From an uncultured Myxococcales bacterium (GTDB lineage Bacteria > Desulfobacterota > Binatia > UBA1149 > CAYXZP01): DNA of 41,380 nucleotides. Positions 36,288 through 41,380 of the stretch are shown here, one piece after another. The position numbers and the translations under genes are program-made. The stretch is from contig CAYXZP010000005.1 of NCBI GenBank assembly GCA_964469485.1, forward strand, positions 1 through 41,380, written 5' to 3'. Below the pieces are notes generated by a model that did not search any database, had not been told where the DNA came from, and worked only from the letters and a program-made list of their open reading frames with translations. Position 1 is the stretch's first letter; each line of letters starts with the position of its first letter.

Positions 36288-37704
36288 TATTGTCCCCCTT
36301 GCCATTGCGCGCCGGGCGGGCCTTCCAGAAGTAGTTGTGCATGCCACCCTCGTCGTGATGGAGGCGGAAGACCAACTCGACCGGCATTCCGATCGACACC
36401 TCGCCGGTACCGACGTCCGTCATCTGGCCGAAGAAACGCGCTCCGCCGTCGAGTTCGACCACGGCCTCGATCATCGGCGGGTCCGGGTGCGGGAACACGT
36501 GGTTCTCGTAAAAGGTAAAGACCCGTCCCTGCCGCGGCAGCAGTGTCTCTTCGAGTCCGCCGGCATAGGCGCAAGCAACGCACACACGATCGAGCGGGAA
36601 TTGCAGTGCCCCGCACTCGGGACACTTGCCGCCGCAAAGCTCGAGTATCTCGCGGCGGTCGCGGAACAGGACCGAGGCCGATGAATTGTCCATGTTCATA
36701 TAGCCGCGCTTTACCAGCCCGCGAAAACGTTCGTACTTTCCATAGTTCTCGAGCGGGCGTTTCATCTCTATCTGGCTGGCCACGCTCGGTTGCGGGCGCG
36801 CCGAGGCGACCCCTTTGCCGACCTTGAAGATCATTGCGTCGGCACCGTCACCGTAAACGGCCCACAGGATGAGGCTCCCCGCTTCGGCCTTCTCCAACGC
36901 GGAGGCCAAGAGCAGCAAAGGTTGGGCGGCTCCGGTATCGCCGGCGACCATCCAAAGCGTGTCCTCGACCTGCGACATCGGATCGAAACCGAGTGTGGCC
37001 GCCAGGCCCATCGCCAGTTTCGGGTTGGGCCCGCAGATGACGGCGCGCCCTATGTCCTTGGGCTCCACACCGGCCCCGGCCATCACCTGGCCTATGACCT
37101 CGGGCATCACACGCCCGTAGCCGAGCTTGGCATCGAGCGAGCCGGGAAAGCCTTCGACATAGTCGGCCGAGTCGCGGCGCCAAGTGCCGTGGAACTCCTC
37201 GGAGATAGAAGCGCGTGCGACCGGCACCAAGCCGTCCTTGCCCGAGTCGATCACTACCGCCGCGCCGGCGTCCCCCGAGCTTTGCTCGTCGAAGGAGTCC
37301 GGACTTGCCGCTCTGACCTCGCCGGCCGCCACCAAGACACGGGCGGCGCTTCCGGATTCGACGAGATCGAAAGCCGTCATGACGGCGCCCGAGGCGGCCC
37401 GCAAAGTGGTTGAAAGATCCAGCGTGCGGGCACCCGGACCGGCGCCGACCACGGTGGCAAGTGTCGCGGCCACCGATTTCTGACGATAGGGAGAGGTCGT
37501 CGAGGCGAACAGCACCGCGTCCAGAGAGGCGCCGTCGGCCGACGCGGCCAGCGCGGCCGAAACGGCCATCGTAAGCGAGTCCTCGTCGAAGTTGGCCACG
37601 GTCCGTTCACCCGGCATGGCGTGCCCGCCCCACTGGCGGGCCATGACCTCGCGCGGCATGCGGTAGGCCGGCAGATACGCGGCGTAGGAACTTATCGAGG
37701 GCAT
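36280..37704 (-). CDS. HMG-CoA-synthase-like domain fused to a C-terminal Zn-ribbon/OB-fold (DUF35)
   Basis: YAAYLPAYR, ERTVANFDEDSLTMAV, GDAGAA, AGDTGAA, YGDGADA; C-terminal CPECGALQFP..VCVAC, GRVFTF, YFWKARP; 8-nt overlap with the thiolase start. Confidence 0.85.
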   Translation of the reverse strand: MPSISSYAAYLPAYRMPREVMARQWGGHAMPGERTVANFDEDSLTMAVSAALAASADGASLDAVLFASTTSPYRQKSVAATLATVVGAGPGARTLDLSTTLRAASGAVMTAFDLVESGSAARVLVAAGEVRAASPDSFDEQSSGDAGAAVVIDSGKDGLVPVARASISEEFHGTWRRDSADYVEGFPGSLDAKLGYGRVMPEVIGQVMAGAGVEPKDIGRAVICGPNPKLAMGLAATLGFDPMSQVEDTLWMVAGDTGAAQPLLLLASALEKAEAGSLILWAVYGDGADAMIFKVGKGVASARPQPSVASQIEMKRPLENYGKYERFRGLVKRGYMNMDNSSASVLFRDRREILELCGGKCPECGALQFPLDRVCVACAYAGGLEETLLPRQGRVFTFYENHVFPHPDPPMIEAVVELDGGARFFGQMTDVGTGEVSIGMPVELVFRLHHDEGGMHNYFWKARPARNGKGDNSE

Positions 37705-37732
37705 CTGGGACTTTTAGCCTGCACGCCCGGCC

Positions 37733-37762
37733 TTGACACATCTGCCCGGGCCGGAATATGAT
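37733..37762 (+). promoter_or_regulatory. Sigma70-type promoter of the TetR-oxidoreductase operon
   Basis: TTGACA (37733-37738), 18 bp spacer, TATGAT (37757-37762). Confidence 0.7.
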
Positions 37763-37787
37763 TCTGGATATGGAGAATATCATTCTC
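37751..37787. promoter_or_regulatory. Tandem palindromic operators GAAT-N3-ATTC
   Basis: ccggaat-atg-attctgg (37751-37767) and gagaat-atc-attctc (37773-37787); centres 21 bp apart. Confidence 0.68.
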
Positions 37788-38444
37788 TACGCTTCTAGCA
37801 AGACCCCTCCCGCTGCGGGTTCGGTCGCTGAAAGGACCGTGGCCCGGGGGCTTTCCGGCCGCCTGATGGCCGCGCGCGAGGAAGTGGCCCGCCTGCTCGA
37901 GGCCGCCCGCGAGGCCATGCGCGAGACCGGCAGCGTGGACCCGCGCGTGAGCGACATCGTCGGCCGGGCCGGCTCCTCCAATCAGGCCTTCTACCGCCAT
38001 TTCCGTTCCAAGGACGAACTCCTTCTGGCCCTGCTCGACGACGGCCTGCGCGACCTGCTCGAACACATGGAGGCCCGCATGACAGAGGCCGCCACGGCGC
38101 GGGACAAAGTGGAACGTTGGATAGGCGCCATCGTACGCCAGGCCACCGACCGGCAGGCGGCCCGTGCCGCCCGTCCCTTCGTGGCCAACCGCGCCCGCCT
38201 GGCCGAACGCTTCCCGGACGAGGAACGCCGCTGCGCCGGCCTGCTCGTAGAACCCCTGGAACGGGCCATAAGGGAGGGGGTGACCGCGGGCGAGTTCGCC
38301 TCGGAAGATCCGCCCCACGACGCCGAGGCCATCTACCATCTGGCCATGGGCTGGATGCAGAGCCGTATGTTCGCCGAGCAAGCCGCCGCGGACGGTGACG
38401 TCGCCCGCCTGGCGGCCTTCGCGATGCGCGGCCTGGGAAACTGA
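37770..38444 (+). CDS. TetR/AcrR family transcriptional regulator
   Basis: RLLEAAR...PRVSDIVGRAGSSNQAFYRHFRSKDELLLA; ATG 37770 preferred because ATG 37758 lies inside the -10 element. Confidence 0.9.
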   Translation: MENIILYASSKTPPAAGSVAERTVARGLSGRLMAAREEVARLLEAAREAMRETGSVDPRVSDIVGRAGSSNQAFYRHFRSKDELLLALLDDGLRDLLEHMEARMTEAATARDKVERWIGAIVRQATDRQAARAARPFVANRARLAERFPDEERRCAGLLVEPLERAIREGVTAGEFASEDPPHDAEAIYHLAMGWMQSRMFAEQAAADGDVARLAAFAMRGLGN

Positions 38445-38448
38445 GGCC

Positions 38449-39012
38449 ATGGAACGCGAACTGATGCTCAACGGGATCGGCGGCCAGGGCGTGCAACTGG
38501 CCGCCCAGGTCTTGGCGCGCGCCGCCACCCGCGAGAACCGTTACGTGAGCATGTTCGGAGTCTACGAGGGCATGGTGCGCGGCGGCTCGACACAATCCAC
38601 GCTCGTGTTCGCCGACCGACCCATAGAGGCGCCCCCCATCGTGGCCAGGACCTGGTCGGCCATCGCGCTTCACAAACACGAGTTCGCCGGACTCGAGGCA
38701 AAGTTGCGTCCGGAAGGTTTCGTGCTCGTAAACGCCGACATCTTCGACTCGCCGCCGACCTGCAACCGCGCACGCGTGGCCGAACTGAGGGCCACCTCGA
38801 TGGCGGCCGAGCTCGGCAACCCCATGGCCGCGTCCATGATCATGGCTGGGGCCTATGCGCGGGCGACATCCCTGGTGGCCCTGCCGTCCCTGGTCGAGGC
38901 CATGAAGGAATCCATCCCCGCCTACAGAAGCCAACACATCGAACTCAACCAGCGCGCGCTCGCGGCGGGCTTCGACGCCGTTACCGAGTCGCTGCCGGCC
39001 TGGGAGAGCTGA
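38449..39012 (+). CDS. 2-oxoacid:acceptor oxidoreductase gamma subunit
   Basis: Start moved to ATG 38449; GIGGQGV, YEGMVRGG, ASMIMAGA, N.RAL..GF. Confidence 0.9.
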   Translation: MERELMLNGIGGQGVQLAAQVLARAATRENRYVSMFGVYEGMVRGGSTQSTLVFADRPIEAPPIVARTWSAIALHKHEFAGLEAKLRPEGFVLVNADIFDSPPTCNRARVAELRATSMAAELGNPMAASMIMAGAYARATSLVALPSLVEAMKESIPAYRSQHIELNQRALAAGFDAVTESLPAWES

Positions 39013-39267
39013 GTGCGCGCCGAGACCACACTGAGCCGCGGAACGGTGACCATAGCGGTGGAACGCTGCAAGGGTTGCGACCTTTGCATCCCGGCCTGTC
39101 CGCCCGAGGTGCTACGCATGTCCGAGGAGCGTAACTCGATAGGCTTCCGCTACCCCGAACTTTTACCCGGTTGCACGGGTTGCGGGGCCTGCTTGCTGGT
39201 CTGTCCCGACTTCTGCTTCGAGGTCTACAAGTACGACGAACCCGTCGACTGGGGAGCCAACCCATGA
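39013..39267 (+). CDS. 2[4Fe-4S] ferredoxin-like delta subunit
   Basis: CKGCDLCIPACP and CTGCGACLLVCP. Confidence 0.92.
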   Translation: MRAETTLSRGTVTIAVERCKGCDLCIPACPPEVLRMSEERNSIGFRYPELLPGCTGCGACLLVCPDFCFEVYKYDEPVDWGANP

Positions 39268-40334
39268 CAGAGCCCGGCCGGTTTCGTTTCATGGAGGGCT
39301 CCGAGGCCATGGCCGAGGCGGCGATCGCGGCCGGCTGCCGCTTCTTCGCCGGCTACCCGATGACCCCGTTCACCGAACTGTTGGAACATCTGGCGCGCCG
39401 CCTGCCCGAGGAAGGCGGCGTCTGTGTCAACGCCGAGAGCGAACTCGAGGCCGTCGGCATGGCTTGGGGCGCCGTGGCCACCGGCAACCGCGCGGCCACC
39501 GGCTCGACCGGGCAGGGCTTGGCGCTCATGCAGGAATCCTTTTCCGAGATCACGCGCGCCGAGCTGCCGCTGGTCATCTTCAACATGGCCCGTGGCCAGT
39601 CCGACTACTTCCAGGCCACCCGGGGGGGCGGCCACGGCGATTACCGGCACATAGTCCTGGCCCCCGCCGACATAGCCGAAGCTGTCGAGATGACACAGTT
39701 GGCCTTCCACCTGGCCGACAAATGGCTCAACCCCGTGCTTGTCTACGGCGACTACCTGCTCGCGCATACCAGCGAGGCCGTCAAGATAGACCGCGTGGAG
39801 TTCGGGCCGCTGCCCGACAAGCCCTGGAAGATAGACGGGCGCTTGGCCGGCTCGGGACGTTCGCGAAACGTCAACTCGCTAGGTTTCGAGAAGGGCGAGG
39901 CGGGCATCGACCCCGAGACCTTCTGGAAACGGCTTGCCGCCAAGCACGAGGCCATAGCCGAGGAGGAAGCCCTCATAGAGACGCTGTTCACCGAGGACGC
40001 CGAGCTTGTCGTGGTCGCCTTCGGAAGCATCGCCAAGTTCGTGCGCTACGTCGTAAAGGAACTGCGCGCCGAGGGCATAGCGGTCGGCTTCGTGCGGCCG
40101 ATAACCCTTTGGCCCTTCCCCTCCGAGGCCCTGGCCCGAGCCGTACGCGGCGCCGGCCGTGTGGCCGTGCTCGAACAGAACGCGGGCCAGATGATCGACG
40201 ACGTGCGCCTGGCCGTCCTCGGGGAGGCCCCCGTGGTCGGCATCGGCGAGATATCGACCGACCGCTCGGGGTTCGGGGTCGGCGCCATCCACGACGCCGA
40301 GTTCATCGCAGGCCGCATACGAGACACCCTATGA
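39264..40334 (+). CDS. 2-oxoacid:ferredoxin oxidoreductase alpha subunit (VorB-like)
   Basis: Start moved to ATG 39264 (ATGA overlap); GSEAMAEAA..AGC.FFAGYPMTP, AESE, GQGLALMQE, QSDYFQ..RGGGHGDY, RPITLWPFP, EQNAGQM. Confidence 0.9.
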   Translation: MTEPGRFRFMEGSEAMAEAAIAAGCRFFAGYPMTPFTELLEHLARRLPEEGGVCVNAESELEAVGMAWGAVATGNRAATGSTGQGLALMQESFSEITRAELPLVIFNMARGQSDYFQATRGGGHGDYRHIVLAPADIAEAVEMTQLAFHLADKWLNPVLVYGDYLLAHTSEAVKIDRVEFGPLPDKPWKIDGRLAGSGRSRNVNSLGFEKGEAGIDPETFWKRLAAKHEAIAEEEALIETLFTEDAELVVVAFGSIAKFVRYVVKELRAEGIAVGFVRPITLWPFPSEALARAVRGAGRVAVLEQNAGQMIDDVRLAVLGEAPVVGIGEISTDRSGFGVGAIHDAEFIAGRIRDTL

Positions 40335-41212
40335 GCCAGTCCACGATAGTCCCGACCGGCGCGCCGCCCGAACAGGCCGCCCGTCAGACAGGAGCCGAGA
40401 AGCCGCGGCTTCTGCTCTCCGAACAACACCATCTGTGTCCCGGTTGCGGCGAGCCGCTGGCCGTTCGCATGATGCTCGAGGCCATAGAGGAGGTCGGCAT
40501 GGCCGAGCACTCGGTCGGTGTGGTCGGCATAGGATGTTACACGACCTTCTCGGCCACCATGGACGTCGACGTCATCCAGGCCCTGCACGGGCGCGCCCCT
40601 TCGGTGGCCACAGGCGCCAAGCGGATGGTGCCCGATTCCCTGGTGTTCACGCTGCAGGGAGACGGCGATATGGTCAACGAAGGCCTCCAGGAGGTCGTCC
40701 ACACGGCCGCGCGCGGTGAGAACCTCACCTGCGTTCTCATAAACAACGGAGTGTTCGGGGAGACCGGCGGCCACATGACGGCAACCACCGTGGTCGGCCA
40801 GAGGACAAAGAACACGCTCGAGGGCCGCGACCCCGCCTACCACGGCCATCCGATCCTTATCGGCGACATACTGGCCGGACTCGAGGGAACCGCCTATGCC
40901 GCACGCGGCTCGGTGCATAACGCCGCCGGCGTGGCCGGCGCCAAGCGCATGTTCACGAAGGCCTTCGAGAGCCAGATGCGAGGGGAGGGTTTCTCCTTCG
41001 TTGAGATCCTTACCATGTGTCCCACCGGTTGGTTCGTACCCACGGCCGAGGGCCCCGGCTATCTCGACGATGTTCTGGCCGAGGTGCACCTGACCGGCGA
41101 CCTCAAGGTGGACGGCCGCGTTACCACGACCGAAGAGCGGCGGGCCGAGACGGCCCGCAACGCAGCCGAGTTCGACCGCATGACCCGGGCCGGCGGCGGC
41201 TCGGACGATTGA
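40331..41212 (+). CDS. 2-oxoacid:ferredoxin oxidoreductase beta (TPP-binding) subunit
   Basis: Start moved to ATG 40331 (ATGA overlap); CPGCG, GIGC, HGRA, TPP motif QGDGD...NNG, EILTMCPT. Confidence 0.92.
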   Translation: MSQSTIVPTGAPPEQAARQTGAEKPRLLLSEQHHLCPGCGEPLAVRMMLEAIEEVGMAEHSVGVVGIGCYTTFSATMDVDVIQALHGRAPSVATGAKRMVPDSLVFTLQGDGDMVNEGLQEVVHTAARGENLTCVLINNGVFGETGGHMTATTVVGQRTKNTLEGRDPAYHGHPILIGDILAGLEGTAYAARGSVHNAAGVAGAKRMFTKAFESQMRGEGFSFVEILTMCPTGWFVPTAEGPGYLDDVLAEVHLTGDLKVDGRVTTTEERRAETARNAAEFDRMTRAGGGSDD

Positions 41213-41380
41213 TGGCCGGAACGCTCGACGGGCGGCGCGCCTTCGTGGCCGGCGCGAGCCGCGGCATCGGACGCAACATCGCGCTGGCGCTGGCGCGCGA
41301 GGGCGCGGCGGTGGCCGTGGCCGCACGCAGCACCGAAGAAGGTAAGCCGGTGTATCAGGGTTTCTCGGAGAAAACTCATG
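41212..41380 (+). CDS. SDR family oxidoreductase, 5' part (runs off the right edge)
   Basis: TGATG overlap; MAGTLDGRRAFVAGASRGIGRNIALALAREGAAVAVAARS. Confidence 0.85.
   Translation, partial: MAGTLDGRRAFVAGASRGIGRNIALALAREGAAVAVAARSTEEGKPVYQGFSEKTH

Noticed and set aside
35205-36518. 437-aa plus-strand ORF antisense to the thiolase
   Set aside because: Shadow ORF; composition reflects the reverse complement of the thiolase codons.
37795-41326. Long minus-strand ORFs (37795-38937, 40046-41326)
   Set aside because: Antisense to a coherent, tightly coupled TetR/oxidoreductase operon; Arg/Pro/Gly-rich with no motifs.
1-41380. CRISPR arrays, tRNA/rRNA, IS elements, prophage or defence systems
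   Set aside because: No spaced direct repeats, RNA-gene signatures, transposase/integrase or defence motifs seen; intergenic gaps are all under about 150 bp. The EEP protein has a signal peptide, so it is unlikely to be a cytoplasmic defence nuclease.

Overview
High-GC bacterial DNA (roughly two-thirds G+C by eye), almost fully coding, with about 37 CDSs. I saw no rRNA, tRNA, CRISPR array, transposase or phage gene. There are three kinds of content. (1) A large CoA-dependent lipid/steroid/terpenoid-type catabolic region: two acyl-CoA dehydrogenases, an acyl-CoA ligase, five SDRs, four amidohydrolases, three thiolase-fold/DUF35 (Zn-ribbon OB-fold) modules, an aldehyde dehydrogenase, a KshA-like Rieske oxygenase, a four-subunit 2-oxoacid:ferredoxin oxidoreductase and two TetR regulators. 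(2) A DUF3604 lipoprotein / PPIase-like / HupE-UreJ triad next to a CNNM (CorB/TlyC) gene. (3) An 8-kb run of five secreted proteins (11511-19691): an EEP hydrolase, an NHL-like propeller, a PQQ-like propeller, an orphan and an alpha/beta hydrolase. Four of the five carry unusual Lys/Cys-rich accessory domains, one of which is shared by two proteins. The clearest non-coding signals are a palindrome TGAC-N5-GTCA found in three separate intergenic regions (9059, 17344, 30476), a tandem GAAT-N3-ATTC operator over a probably leaderless TetR gene, and a Pro-rich uORF coupled to the CNNM gene. The gene content suggests an uncultured deltaproteobacteria-like lineage such as Candidatus Binatia; this is inference only. 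Many start codons were moved from the supplied ORF track using motif position and stop/start overlaps. All family calls come from motifs read by eye, not from database searches.
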